This document shows positions 29,444 to 39,203 of a DNA stretch of 64,000 nucleotides, one piece after another. The first letter of the stretch is position 1. Each line of letters begins with the position of its first letter. Under the pieces are notes generated by a model, which was given only the letters and a program-made list of their open reading frames with translations, ran no database searches and was not told where the DNA came from. The DNA is taken from the NCBI GenBank assembly GCA_038046765.1, contig JBBSVN010000010.1:32001-96000 (forward strand), written 5' to 3'. Origin of the DNA: Candidatus Micrarchaeota archaeon. GTDB taxonomy: Archaea > Micrarchaeota > Micrarchaeia > Anstonellales > Bilamarchaeaceae. The position numbers were made by a program, and so were the translations under genes.

Positions 29444-31213
29444 ATGAAATTTTCTTATGTTTGTTTATTTACGCTACTTATTGTGTCATTATCTACTGCG
29501 ATATCTTGCAATGGGATTGCATCTAATTTCGCCCCGTCAGTTGTAGCCGATAATCGAACTGCTATTGGCGAATTATTCAATATGTCTGTTCGAGTATCAC
29601 AAGGTACTGGGAATATTTATTTTACAATTGATCCTGAAGTTGGATTAACAACTCAGTTCTCTGCATTATCTGCAATAAGATACGCTTATTCGATATCCAA
29701 TGTATCAAACCAAAGCTGTGATACTTTTGTAACATTAAGTCGTTCGGAAGGTGTTGAATCAGTAGATGGTCCAAGTGCAGGATTAAATCTGGCAGTGCTA
29801 ACTTACGCTGCACTAAATAACGAGCCTGTACGAAGCGATACTGTATTAACTGGAGCAATAAGTAAATATGGTAATGCATTACCTGTTGGCGGACTTTTTG
29901 AAAAATCAAAAGCAGCTGCATTAAGCGGGGCAAAATATTTTGCAGCACCACTTGATAGTCTTACAACAAGAATAATTCTGCTACCAATTGAAAAAAAATA
30001 CAATATCCAAATCGTTAATATAAAAACTGCTAAAGAGGCCATAGACTTTTTAGTTAATGGAAAATTGCCGCAAGAGAGTTCGCTGTTCGATGCAACGGGG
30101 GTATCTCCTCCTGATATTAACGCTTCTACGGTAAGCGGTATAGAAAATTTCAAACAACTTGCCCTAAACATGGTTTCACTCAATAATGATTCTATATCTA
30201 ATTTTAAGTATTCTGACAAATATGCAAATGCAATAAAATCTGGATTTAATTTAACTATAAAAAAAGAAGAACTTTTACTAAACAAAGGTTACTTCTTTAC
30301 TGCTGCTAATGATGCATTTCTAAATTATATCGGCCTCGAAACCATAAATGGTTATTATTCTGGAGATTACGTAAACATCCGGGAAACAAAAAAAGAAATT
30401 AATAATTGTATCTCTTCCATTCCAGTTATTCCCAAGACCCTTAAGAACTACGAATTCGTAATCGGTTCAGAATTAAGAAAAGGGTGGGCAGAAGAAAAAA
30501 TACAAAGTACCGAACCAGGGATTCTAGAAGAAGAAAAATACTTCAATTATAATGATCTTATGTATGCTAAAGCCTGGTGTATTGTTTCATCTTCAATAAT
30601 AGATGCCGTACCAGTTCAAAACTCACCTGAACAAATCTATGTTAATGAATCTTTATGGCAAGATTTATCAAAGAAAAGGCTGGATTACGTAGAAAAAATA
30701 AATTCCACAAATGGTGAATTTAAAAGAAGAAAAACGGTTGCAGAAAACCTTTACAATCAAGGTAAATACGGTGCATCTGTCTTTGAATCGCAATATCTTA
30801 TTAATTACTACGCCTTAGATTATTTGTCTAATGATTCACTTACTAATACTAATGCAGTTAACACATCCACTCTATTCTCTTATTATACAACTTCACTGTG
30901 GGCAAAAGTATATGCGTCCCATGCAGAGTTTATCTATCAGACTAGTGATGATAAAAATGAAGCGATTAAACTTTTATCCTATTCTAAATCCTTAAATGAC
31001 CTAAATGAGGCACTATTAGATGCTCAAAAGATTAACAATTCCATAAATTCTACAGGTTCTAGTTTACAAAATAATTTACAATCTCCTGAAGATAGTTTAT
31101 ACAAATATCTTATTTTCGGTGTCTTATTTATTTTAATAATCATCGTACTATTATACATCCAGTCCAGACCAAAAAAACAATCTGAAGCTCCAAGATACTA
31201 CAAAAAGAAGTGA
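29444..31213 (+). CDS. Secreted, membrane-anchored S16 (Lon-C-like) serine protease
   Basis: Signal peptide from ATG 29444. VDGPSAG catalytic Ser, LTGAI...G..LPVGGLFEK (Lys dyad) and a C-terminal TM. Confidence 0.85.
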   Translation: MKFSYVCLFTLLIVSLSTAISCNGIASNFAPSVVADNRTAIGELFNMSVRVSQGTGNIYFTIDPEVGLTTQFSALSAIRYAYSISNVSNQSCDTFVTLSRSEGVESVDGPSAGLNLAVLTYAALNNEPVRSDTVLTGAISKYGNALPVGGLFEKSKAAALSGAKYFAAPLDSLTTRIILLPIEKKYNIQIVNIKTAKEAIDFLVNGKLPQESSLFDATGVSPPDINASTVSGIENFKQLALNMVSLNNDSISNFKYSDKYANAIKSGFNLTIKKEELLLNKGYFFTAANDAFLNYIGLETINGYYSGDYVNIRETKKEINNCISSIPVIPKTLKNYEFVIGSELRKGWAEEKIQSTEPGILEEEKYFNYNDLMYAKAWCIVSSSIIDAVPVQNSPEQIYVNESLWQDLSKKRLDYVEKINSTNGEFKRRKTVAENLYNQGKYGASVFESQYLINYYALDYLSNDSLTNTNAVNTSTLFSYYTTSLWAKVYASHAEFIYQTSDDKNEAIKLLSYSKSLNDLNEALLDAQKINNSINSTGSSLQNNLQSPEDSLYKYLIFGVLFILIIIVLLYIQSRPKKQSEAPRYYKKK

Positions 31214-31217
31214 AAAT

Positions 31218-32030
31218 ATGCAAACTTTAACTGATGGTGTGTACTTAGAAAATGCAGTCGAATTTGAATGTAAAAAGCTAGAGCTTGAAATAAAATATGC
31301 TATTTCCAAATCCTCTTCATCTGAAAAAGCGCAGTTCTTTGAATCAGAACTTCTAGAACTTAATCAAAAAATTACTAAGAATTCAGAAAAATTTTCCAAA
31401 CAATTAAAAGAAATCGCTCCTTTACCAAATTATAATCGAATCAAACAGCTTTCCGAATTTTTAAAAGCTAATCATGACAAGTTACTTTTAAGTTTAAAGC
31501 AAAAAGCTGGTACAGAGTATGAATTTTTGACTGAGTTTTTAAATCTTCTTAAGAAAAATAGCGATAATAAAAAAGAAATAGCCAAACTTAACTTAATTTT
31601 TGCGAAGCTTGGTTCGGAAGATAAAAATCGGATATCCTCTATTTTGTCTTTAGGATCCATCGAATCAACGGTGGAATTTTTTGCCGAAGAGAAAACAAAA
31701 CTGCTACTAAAAAAAATCTTTGCAAGACTCTTTGATACTAGTGCTGAAGCATTCATTATAATAAACGGGAAAAAATTCTGGTTCGATGCCCTATTAAAAG
31801 ATAAATTTAATGATAACCTAAATCAGATAAAGATATTCTCAACTAAAATGCAAGTTTTATCAGCCCAAAAGCAAAGAGGCGAACTTGATGAAGAAAAAGA
31901 TAAAGAATTCTCATCTTTACAAGAAAATTATCTTAAACTTTTAAAAGAACAAGATGAACTTTTAAAGGATTTTAATGAAGAGTATAACTTTGCCTCAACA
32001 TCTGAAGTTAAAGTTGCTGCTGTAGCATAA
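31218..32030 (+). CDS. Hypothetical coiled-coil protein
   Basis: 270-aa K/E/L-rich ORF. Confidence 0.65.
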   Translation: MQTLTDGVYLENAVEFECKKLELEIKYAISKSSSSEKAQFFESELLELNQKITKNSEKFSKQLKEIAPLPNYNRIKQLSEFLKANHDKLLLSLKQKAGTEYEFLTEFLNLLKKNSDNKKEIAKLNLIFAKLGSEDKNRISSILSLGSIESTVEFFAEEKTKLLLKKIFARLFDTSAEAFIIINGKKFWFDALLKDKFNDNLNQIKIFSTKMQVLSAQKQRGELDEEKDKEFSSLQENYLKLLKEQDELLKDFNEEYNFASTSEVKVAAVA

Positions 32031-32049
32031 TTCATTTTGCTCCTAATTT

Positions 32050-33609
32050 TCATAAATTCTTCTTAACATAAGGCCCAGCCCTTTTATACCCTAGTTTAAA
32101 GTAGTATTCTCGAACTCCAGTTCCTGCAATTATTACCATCTTGGTTTTTCCAAATTCTTCTTTTGCAATTTTTTCTGCCATTTCTAATAATTCCCTTCCT
32201 AGTCCTTTATGCTGTGCTTTTTTGGTTTCCCTTTTTCCAACGTCTAATTCCTGGCCATAAATATGTAATTCACGTATAAGTGCTGTTTTACTATCTATTT
32301 CTTTTCTATGACTTTTACCCGGTATTCTTAATCGCAAAAACCCTGCAATAATTGAGTCATCCTTGTTTTCAAACGAAAGAAATATTTCCTTACCTAAGCT
32401 AGCCTCATAATCCATTCTTTTAATCTCAAAATCTGCTGATTTAAAGTCCATTTTATTTAGGCCGATTTCTCGGTATCTGATTTCTTTTGGAACTATTCCC
32501 TTCTCGCGCATCTTGGATTCAACCATTTCTCTTAGGTTGCTCTTTTTCACTCCCTCGGCAATATTTGTTGCTGGAATGTCTCTTTGTATTCGCATTACTC
32601 TTACGTATTTTGGGATATATCTATAAAATTCTGAAATTATTTCTGCTGCCTGTTCGCTTGTATATGGCGTATACTTTCCTTGGTGCATCATCGTATATAA
32701 CTCTGTTTTTGGTATTACTAATGTCGGATAAATCTTTAGCATGTCTGGTTTAAAATCAGGATTTTCAAAAACTTTCTTTACCATTTCTATGTCCTTTTCC
32801 CTGTTTGAACCAGGCTGGCCGGGCATTAGGTGATACACGATTTTGAAGCAGGCATCTTTAAGATTTTTTGTAGATTCAACAACATGTTTTGTCAAGTGTC
32901 CTCTTTTAGTTATCTTATAAATTTCATCATCTGGGTTTTGAACACCAAGTTCAATTCTTGTAGCACCAAATTCAAGTATTTCGTCAATATGTTTTGTAGT
33001 ACATACATCTGGTCTGGTTTCTATTGTTAAGCCTACTATCCTATGCTCGGCAGTTTCATTTATTTTTTTTGCATTTTTTATGTTTGTGCTTTTTTTGCAG
33101 TTACAAGCATCATAAATATTTTTTATAAAATAATTCTTGTATTCTTCGTCCATTGCTAAAAATGTTCCTCCCATTACTATTACTTCGCATTTATCTGTGC
33201 TGTGCCCACCAATATTAAACTGATTCAGTCTCATTTTAACCTGCTTGTACGGGTCAAATCCGTTATCTATCGAACGACGCGCCGCGGGTTCATCGCCCGT
33301 ATAACTTTTAGCAGCCCTTCCGGTAAATGGGCAAAATATGCACTTATACAAGCATGATTTTTCCGGTTTAATCATTACTGCAACTGGTGTTACACCAGAA
33401 AGCGTTCGCATTGGCTTTTTTAGAAGTTTAAAATTAGTAATTATTTTTCTTTCTTTTATTCTTTCTATGATTTCGCTATTCTTTAATACTTGTTTTAATT
33501 TAAACTTCCTTGCAACCTCATTTTTTAAGACTTTAAGGTTTTTTCCTCCGTTTTGTAATTTGTCGATTATATAATCTATCGCTTCTTCGTTATTCATATA
33601 AATACACAA
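32050..33609 (-). CDS. elp3: tRNA uridine(34) acetyltransferase Elp3 (radical SAM + KAT)
   Basis: KKPMRTLSGV.PVAVM, C..C..C cluster motif, MGGTF, ETRPD, RIQRDIP, IRELH and QHKGLG. Confidence 0.95.
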   Translation of the reverse strand: MCIYMNNEEAIDYIIDKLQNGGKNLKVLKNEVARKFKLKQVLKNSEIIERIKERKIITNFKLLKKPMRTLSGVTPVAVMIKPEKSCLYKCIFCPFTGRAAKSYTGDEPAARRSIDNGFDPYKQVKMRLNQFNIGGHSTDKCEVIVMGGTFLAMDEEYKNYFIKNIYDACNCKKSTNIKNAKKINETAEHRIVGLTIETRPDVCTTKHIDEILEFGATRIELGVQNPDDEIYKITKRGHLTKHVVESTKNLKDACFKIVYHLMPGQPGSNREKDIEMVKKVFENPDFKPDMLKIYPTLVIPKTELYTMMHQGKYTPYTSEQAAEIISEFYRYIPKYVRVMRIQRDIPATNIAEGVKKSNLREMVESKMREKGIVPKEIRYREIGLNKMDFKSADFEIKRMDYEASLGKEIFLSFENKDDSIIAGFLRLRIPGKSHRKEIDSKTALIRELHIYGQELDVGKRETKKAQHKGLGRELLEMAEKIAKEEFGKTKMVIIAGTGVREYYFKLGYKRAGPYVKKNL

Positions 33610-33646
33610 ATTTTAAAATAAATTTTTAAAATATCTCATTAAAAAA

Positions 33647-34456
33647 TTAAAATAAATTCGAAAGCAGGCCTGCAAACGAGTAAACTATGTTTTCAAAGAA
33701 TGGGAATATTAATACTCCGTTGTTGGTTGCTTTGTAATCTGCTAATATATCTGTCCTTACGTTTAATGTAATGTTTGTATCCTTCTGGATAAGTGAGCTT
33801 GCCTTTGATTTAACCTTTAATGTGACCTTATAACTCTCTTCTTCTCTATTAGTTATTTCGTAAAATACTGTCTTTGTGCTTTGTGCTGCAACGTAAACTG
33901 GTTTTTTGTACTCCCATCTTTTTATTCCTTCACTTGATACTTCAAATACATCTGCTGCTGAACCTTTATTTGTTATTGTTATTACATACCTGGCTGGCTG
34001 GTCTGGCCCAACCGTTATCTCTGTGGGTGTTATAGACGTTTCTAAAACATCCTTCGTTATTTGTACTCTGACTTTAAAACTGACATTATTTAATTGCTCC
34101 CCGTAATTTTGATCAATGGTCGTTATTTCTGCACTATATACTCCTTCTTTTGCATTTTCATCAGCAGTTATTTCTACTTGCAAGGGATTACCATATATTT
34201 TACTATTTTTTGCTTTCCAGTTTGGGGGTAACGCGGTTACGACGGCCTGGTCATATTGGCCTCCTTTGTCAAATTTTCCCCCTGTTATAACTTTTGGTTC
34301 GATGCTTACAAATATCGTTTGACCCGGCCCAATTTTACCTAAGTCTATTGTTTCTGCGCCTTTTAATTGTGCCTTTATCGGCTGAATTAGTTCTATTGCA
34401 AAACTTACTGAAAATAATAAAACGAAGATTGCCAGAAATGTTGTATATTTATTCAT
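33647..34456 (-). CDS. Secreted protein with Ig-like domains
   Basis: Signal peptide, beta-rich (ITITNKGSAADVFEVS), amphipathic C-terminus. Confidence 0.65.
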   Translation of the reverse strand: MNKYTTFLAIFVLLFSVSFAIELIQPIKAQLKGAETIDLGKIGPGQTIFVSIEPKVITGGKFDKGGQYDQAVVTALPPNWKAKNSKIYGNPLQVEITADENAKEGVYSAEITTIDQNYGEQLNNVSFKVRVQITKDVLETSITPTEITVGPDQPARYVITITNKGSAADVFEVSSEGIKRWEYKKPVYVAAQSTKTVFYEITNREEESYKVTLKVKSKASSLIQKDTNITLNVRTDILADYKATNNGVLIFPFFENIVYSFAGLLSNLF

Positions 34457-34511
34457 GTCTTATTATCGCTAATAAATATTAAAAAGCCGCTCTTTGTTAG
34501 TTCTTTGTTAA

Positions 34512-35489
34512 TTATTGCCTTAATGGATTAAGCATCCGTTCTTCTATTACGCAAATGAATGTACTTTTTCCTATAATCCCTGCAAACTTAGTCTTAATTT
34601 CGCTCATAAAATTATGTAGTTCGACATTGTCCCTTACAATTATGTCTAGTTCAATATCGTGGCTTCCGATCGTCTTGTTTAGAAAAATCAGGTCATCATT
34701 TTCTATACAAAATTGCAGAAATTGTTTTTCTTTTTCTGGTGTAATACTTCTAAAGTTAATTAATAATTTGTAATAATTAAATCCTAATTTTCTGGCATCA
34801 AACCATGCAGTGTAGCCTAAGATGTACTCCTTCTCTATAAGTTTTTTTATTCGGTATTGTACTGCATCTGGAGTTAATTCTACTTTACTAGCTAGTTCAA
34901 CTGTCGTAGTTCGCGCGTTCTGATAGAGTAAAGACAATATTTTCATATCTGTCTTGTCTGGTTTTTCTACATTCACAATTTTCTCTAGTGGGAGCTCGGG
35001 GTGGCGTTCGCTTTCTAATGCCTTATTCCATGATAAATATGTTTGATAGATGGTTGTTGCTATTGTTTTCTCTACTATTTTTTCACCAAATCTTGCAGTC
35101 ATTATTGCTGCTGCCTTTTCTACTTCGATTTCGTCTTGCGCTACTATTCGCCAAAGAACATCATATTCGCCTTCGCAAATCGTTCCCCATAAAGTTCTAG
35201 GATATTCCTCAAAAAGCGTGAGTACATTTTCCTCGGTTTTTTTATCCATGCCGTGGAATTTGAAATAAAGGCGATACCCTTTAAGCCCTAATTTAGCGAG
35301 GTTTACATCTGCAAAAAGTAGTGAAATTAGGCCTGATTCTTTAAGTTGGGTTAATCTTCGCTCTACTGCACTGCTAGATAATTTTAGTTTCTCACCAAGC
35401 TTTGTGAAGCTTTCGCGTGAATTAAGATAAAGTAACGTTAGAAGTTGTTTGTCTTTTTTGTCTAGTTTAGTTGTGTTACTAGTCATCAC
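34512..35489 (-). CDS. Tandem-duplicated Lrp/AsnC transcriptional regulator
   Basis: Two HTH+RAM units: LDKKDKQLL..L..NSR and DKTDMKIL..L.QNAR. Confidence 0.88.
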   Translation of the reverse strand: MMTSNTTKLDKKDKQLLTLLYLNSRESFTKLGEKLKLSSSAVERRLTQLKESGLISLLFADVNLAKLGLKGYRLYFKFHGMDKKTEENVLTLFEEYPRTLWGTICEGEYDVLWRIVAQDEIEVEKAAAIMTARFGEKIVEKTIATTIYQTYLSWNKALESERHPELPLEKIVNVEKPDKTDMKILSLLYQNARTTTVELASKVELTPDAVQYRIKKLIEKEYILGYTAWFDARKLGFNYYKLLINFRSITPEKEKQFLQFCIENDDLIFLNKTIGSHDIELDIIVRDNVELHNFMSEIKTKFAGIIGKSTFICVIEERMLNPLRQ

Positions 35490-35964
35490 TTAATATCGCC
35501 TCCTCTTCCCCTTTTGAAAATACATAGTAGTCCTTATTTTTCAAGTCCGTCAAGATAATTTTTAATTCTATATTAGAAACTATCTCTGTTTTTTTGCACA
35601 TTAAAAGAAAACTTGCTAAACTTATGGCTACAAGTCCCTCTTTTTCTGCTTTTTCTAGTGCCTTTTTATCATCAATAAGTAAAATTCCATTTTTTTCTTT
35701 GGCAAGTTTAATACAAGCCATTTCTCCTTTACCGAATGTTTGGTTACTGCTAATTTCCATTGGAATAACTAGAATTTTAGATATATTCTCCTTGTCATAG
35801 CTAAAAAGATAAGCTACACTCATAAAAAAAGGACTCTTTTGAATTTCTTCTAATACCTGAATAGGGGCTAAAATTTGTTCAATTTCAAAAAGTCTGAAAA
35901 TAAGTTCAATTCTATTTATTTTAAGCATGCTACTGATAAAACCCGTGTCAACAACTACTATCAT
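35479..35964 (-). CDS. PIN-domain (VapC-like) toxin
   Basis: VVVDTG, GKGEMACI.LA and LLIDD..A. Confidence 0.85.
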   Translation of the reverse strand: MIVVVDTGFISSMLKINRIELIFRLFEIEQILAPIQVLEEIQKSPFFMSVAYLFSYDKENISKILVIPMEISSNQTFGKGEMACIKLAKEKNGILLIDDKKALEKAEKEGLVAISLASFLLMCKKTEIVSNIELKIILTDLKNKDYYVFSKGEEEAILSDD

Positions 35965-36294
35965 TTATTTCGCCTTTTTTATCGCCTTTAAAGCCAGATT
36001 TGCTCGTTTTTTTACTTCTTCTGTAGTTTCATGTTTCCACAATTTTCTTTCCACAAGAATTTTTTTCATTTCATCATAAGACACGTCAGTTATTTCTGCA
36101 GCCCTACCGGTTGAAATCTTATTTTCTTTATACAGTTCCAAAGCTATTGCTGTTCTTACATCTCTTCTTACTGCTAGATATGCCCTTATTGCATCTCTTA
36201 AGAATTCGCTAGTGCTTGAATAAAGACCTGTTTTTGGTATTGCCTCAATTTCTTCTTTCATTAACGGAGGTAAAGTAAAACTTTCAACTGCCAT
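35965..36294 (-). CDS. RHH + UPF0175 antitoxin
   Basis: YSSTSEFLRDAIR (RHH) and AIALELYKENKISTGRAAEI (UPF0175). Confidence 0.85.
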   Translation of the reverse strand: MAVESFTLPPLMKEEIEAIPKTGLYSSTSEFLRDAIRAYLAVRRDVRTAIALELYKENKISTGRAAEITDVSYDEMKKILVERKLWKHETTEEVKKRANLALKAIKKAK

Positions 36295-36394
36295 AATATC
36301 ACCTAGATATTACTTAGATAATATATTTAATAAAACTTTCGCTAAACTCTGTTTTATCTTATAAAATTTATTTATCCTAAAATATTTATATATT

Positions 36395-36463
36395 TTTCGG
36401 TTTATTTGCGTTTTTTAATGAAAGATAATAAATATATTGAATGTTTAGTTATAATTGGTGATA
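36395..36463 (+). promoter_or_regulatory. Duplicated promoter region, copy 1
   Basis: 25-bp exact core GTTTTTTAATGAAAGATAATAAATA (36410-36434) shared with 39334-39358, plus similar flanks. Confidence 0.7.
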
Positions 36464-37318
36464 ATGATGGTAAACGAAACTGAAATTAGAAGTTTGATTG
36501 AAGATTTAGGTACAGTTCCTTATGAAATGAGAGAACCAATTGAACAAAAAATTCTAGAAATGGGTGCACCAGTTGTTTCATTACTACTTGATTATATAAA
36601 AAGAAATTATGCTCATCCAGAAAAATCATCAGCAAGTCATGCTAAAATCTTAGGTGAGTTCAGAAAAAAAGGCATTGTTCAAGCTACTAGTGCTTTGCTT
36701 GAACTATTAGATATTTTGCCATTTGAAAAATCAGTTCATGTTCGTCATGTTCTTGACTATTTAGAAACTTGGGCGATGCGTTGTGAAGAATTAACTCAAG
36801 AGAAGCTTTTACCCATCTTAAAGCGAGCATCAGATCGTCTACATAAAGATGTTGATCCAATTATGTATGCACATGACGATGCGGGTAAAACAATATTCCA
36901 TATTACATTTTCCTTAGGTCTGCGTGGGAATATTGATGTTTTACCTATTTATATGGAAGCCTGGGGACAACACCTTTTTGCATCTTGTAATTCTAGTCTT
37001 CAGGAAAGATGTGTAAATGTTTTAGGTTCCATCATCAAGAGAAGTTCGCCAGAAGAGGTTATGAAATACAAAGATCAAATCGAAAAATTTATTCAAAGGT
37101 TAGAAATTCTTGTACTTGAAGATAGTGTATTACCATCTGATACAATTTTTTTATCTGAATTTGAAAGGACTAAGCAGGTGGTAAAAGAAAAATTTCAATC
37201 CTCATCAGTCAATCCTCTAGCAAAAGATGGCGAAACACTAGATGCAAAACATTTAACTGCTAGACCCGTTGCAGGAGGTGGGCAAGCTCCTCACGTTGCA
37301 AGGAGGATGTTTAGATAA
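36455..37318 (+). CDS. HEAT-repeat-like helical protein with basic C-terminal tail
   Basis: LIEDLG.....REPIEQKILEMGAPVV..LL (HEAT/PBS-like). Tail AKDGETLD...ARRMFR. Start is probably ATG 36464 or 36467. Confidence 0.6.
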   Translation: MVIMMVNETEIRSLIEDLGTVPYEMREPIEQKILEMGAPVVSLLLDYIKRNYAHPEKSSASHAKILGEFRKKGIVQATSALLELLDILPFEKSVHVRHVLDYLETWAMRCEELTQEKLLPILKRASDRLHKDVDPIMYAHDDAGKTIFHITFSLGLRGNIDVLPIYMEAWGQHLFASCNSSLQERCVNVLGSIIKRSSPEEVMKYKDQIEKFIQRLEILVLEDSVLPSDTIFLSEFERTKQVVKEKFQSSSVNPLAKDGETLDAKHLTARPVAGGGQAPHVARRMFR

Positions 37319-37372
37319 TTTTCCTATTTGTTTCCTTTCTTTTTTAGTTCAAAATTAAAAATTATTTAACTG

Positions 37373-37999
37373 GTGATAATCATGTCAAAACTTAAACAAA
37401 AAATTGCATCCTCGCTTCTATGTACTGCAATTATTGTTGCACCTAAGTTCAGCGAAGCAGAAATCTTAAAAGAAGCTAAAATTGGTGCTGTTGTTGGTAC
37501 TAATACTAATGGCAGATCTGTTTTTACAGGAGTAAATTCACAAGTAAATCTGAATATTGGACCTAACACTAGTTTTACTGTTGAAGGCGGTCCTAGTATC
37601 GATAATTTACAAAATGCTGATTTTCAAAAAGGGAAAATTGCAATTTCTCATCGCGAGTTTGGCTTCAGAGTTAAACGCGATTTAAGTTTTGGAAACAAAG
37701 GCTCGTTTGGTGCTTTTTTTGATTCTCATTTTTTAACTTTCGGCATCGATAAGGGTCTTTTCAATGGAGGCGCAGTATTCACATTAAATAAAGGGTTTAA
37801 TTTTAAGAGTTTATCCATACTTCCTGAATTTTTTGTTACTGCTGGGTTTAATTCAAATGAAATTGGTTCAGACTTAAGTTTATCTGTTCCTATATCTAAA
37901 CATTTTTCATTAGATGGTTTAGTTATTTTCTCATTAATTCGAGAAAGTGGTACCATCGGTACAGTTAATGCATCAGTTTCTTTTAATTATATTTTCTAA
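37373..37999 (+). CDS. Secreted all-beta protein resembling an outer-membrane beta-barrel
   Basis: Signal peptide ending SEA, alternating hydrophobic/Gly strands, C-terminus VNASVSFNYIF. Confidence 0.55.
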   Translation: MIIMSKLKQKIASSLLCTAIIVAPKFSEAEILKEAKIGAVVGTNTNGRSVFTGVNSQVNLNIGPNTSFTVEGGPSIDNLQNADFQKGKIAISHREFGFRVKRDLSFGNKGSFGAFFDSHFLTFGIDKGLFNGGAVFTLNKGFNFKSLSILPEFFVTAGFNSNEIGSDLSLSVPISKHFSLDGLVIFSLIRESGTIGTVNASVSFNYIF

Positions 38000-38060
38000 T
38001 ATTTTTCTTTTCTTTTTCCTTCAATAATCTACATTTTAATTAGAAGCTTCATTTGTTTTT

Positions 38061-38582
38061 TTATTCTTTATGAAATTTCTTTTTGTCCTTGTTAATTTGG
38101 GCTTTTGAAGCAAACTTTCCATAAGGTGTTTCCTTCACCTTGCTTTTATCAATTAGTTTATCCTTATGTAAAATTATTGTATTTCCATAATATCCAAGCA
38201 ATTTGGCTATTTTCTTTGCCCTAAAAGTTTTTTTGTTTAAATTTCTTTCAATCCTTTTTTTCAAGTCTATTCTCTTACTGATTATTCCATTTACAATATG
38301 CACTGTCTGTGATGGCCTAGGGTTAATTCCAAAAAAATTTTCTGCAGTAGCACAACTATAATAAAATTCTTTAGTTTTAAGGAACATTCGAACAGTTTTG
38401 GACAATATTGCTAATGGTTTTTCAATAAACCAAGCATCTCTTTCTTCTTTACTTGGTATATAATATATTCCTTTAAATGGTGTTGGAAATATATCTAAAC
38501 TCGCGCTCATATTCTTTATTTCTTTTGAAGTTAAACCTTCTTCTAGTAATTGTTTGTAACTTATAATTTGTTTAGGCAACAT
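38061..38582 (-). CDS. AbiEi-like antitoxin/regulator
   Basis: PFKGIYYIPS.EER and YYS..TA..F.G. Overlaps the AbiEii-like gene. Confidence 0.6.
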   Translation of the reverse strand: MLPKQIISYKQLLEEGLTSKEIKNMSASLDIFPTPFKGIYYIPSKEERDAWFIEKPLAILSKTVRMFLKTKEFYYSCATAENFFGINPRPSQTVHIVNGIISKRIDLKKRIERNLNKKTFRAKKIAKLLGYYGNTIILHKDKLIDKSKVKETPYGKFASKAQINKDKKKFHKE

Positions 38583-39165
38583 GATTAATTACCTCTATAA
38601 ATTCTATGTATTGTTTTTCTTCTAACATTAAATCCTTTAACTCCTCTAAATTCAGTGGGGCACCACACATCTTTATAATTTTTTTAATTTCTCCTAGGTC
38701 TTTTTTCAAGTAATTTAAAATCATAAAAATATCATACAAATCTCTTGCTTCTTTTCTTGAGGCATAACTGATATTTTTTAGTTCTAACAAGTCTTCTAAA
38801 GAGGCTACCTTGATGTTGTTGTTTCCGATTGCTTTATCTTCGACTCTTTTAATTTCTGTTTCAGGACTAAAAATTTCTATTTTTATGCTAGTGTCTTCAA
38901 ATTGAATTACAAATTGATTTCTATACGCGCTTCTAAGGGTCTGATATCCTTTTTTGCTTAGCTTTCCTTTAAGTTCATTTTTTAGTTTTATTTCATCTTC
39001 TTTTGTAGTTGGAACAAAGTCTAAATCTATACTTATCCTGTGTTTTAGATAAAAAAGAGCTAAAGCTGTTCCACCTACAAGTATTAGCTTGTCATCTGTG
39101 CATTCAGCTACATCCTCTATTATTTCGAGTATTTTTTTGTACTTTAAATAAAGCCTTTCATCCAT
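38572..39165 (-). CDS. AbiEii/AbiGii nucleotidyltransferase toxin
   Basis: LVGGTALALFYLKHRISIDLDF and K.....SRKEARDLYDI. Confidence 0.9.
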   Translation of the reverse strand: MDERLYLKYKKILEIIEDVAECTDDKLILVGGTALALFYLKHRISIDLDFVPTTKEDEIKLKNELKGKLSKKGYQTLRSAYRNQFVIQFEDTSIKIEIFSPETEIKRVEDKAIGNNNIKVASLEDLLELKNISYASRKEARDLYDIFMILNYLKKDLGEIKKIIKMCGAPLNLEELKDLMLEEKQYIEFIEVINHVA

Positions 39166-39203
39166 ATTTGTATTTCTATCCGAACATTTATATACGTTTG
39201 CAC

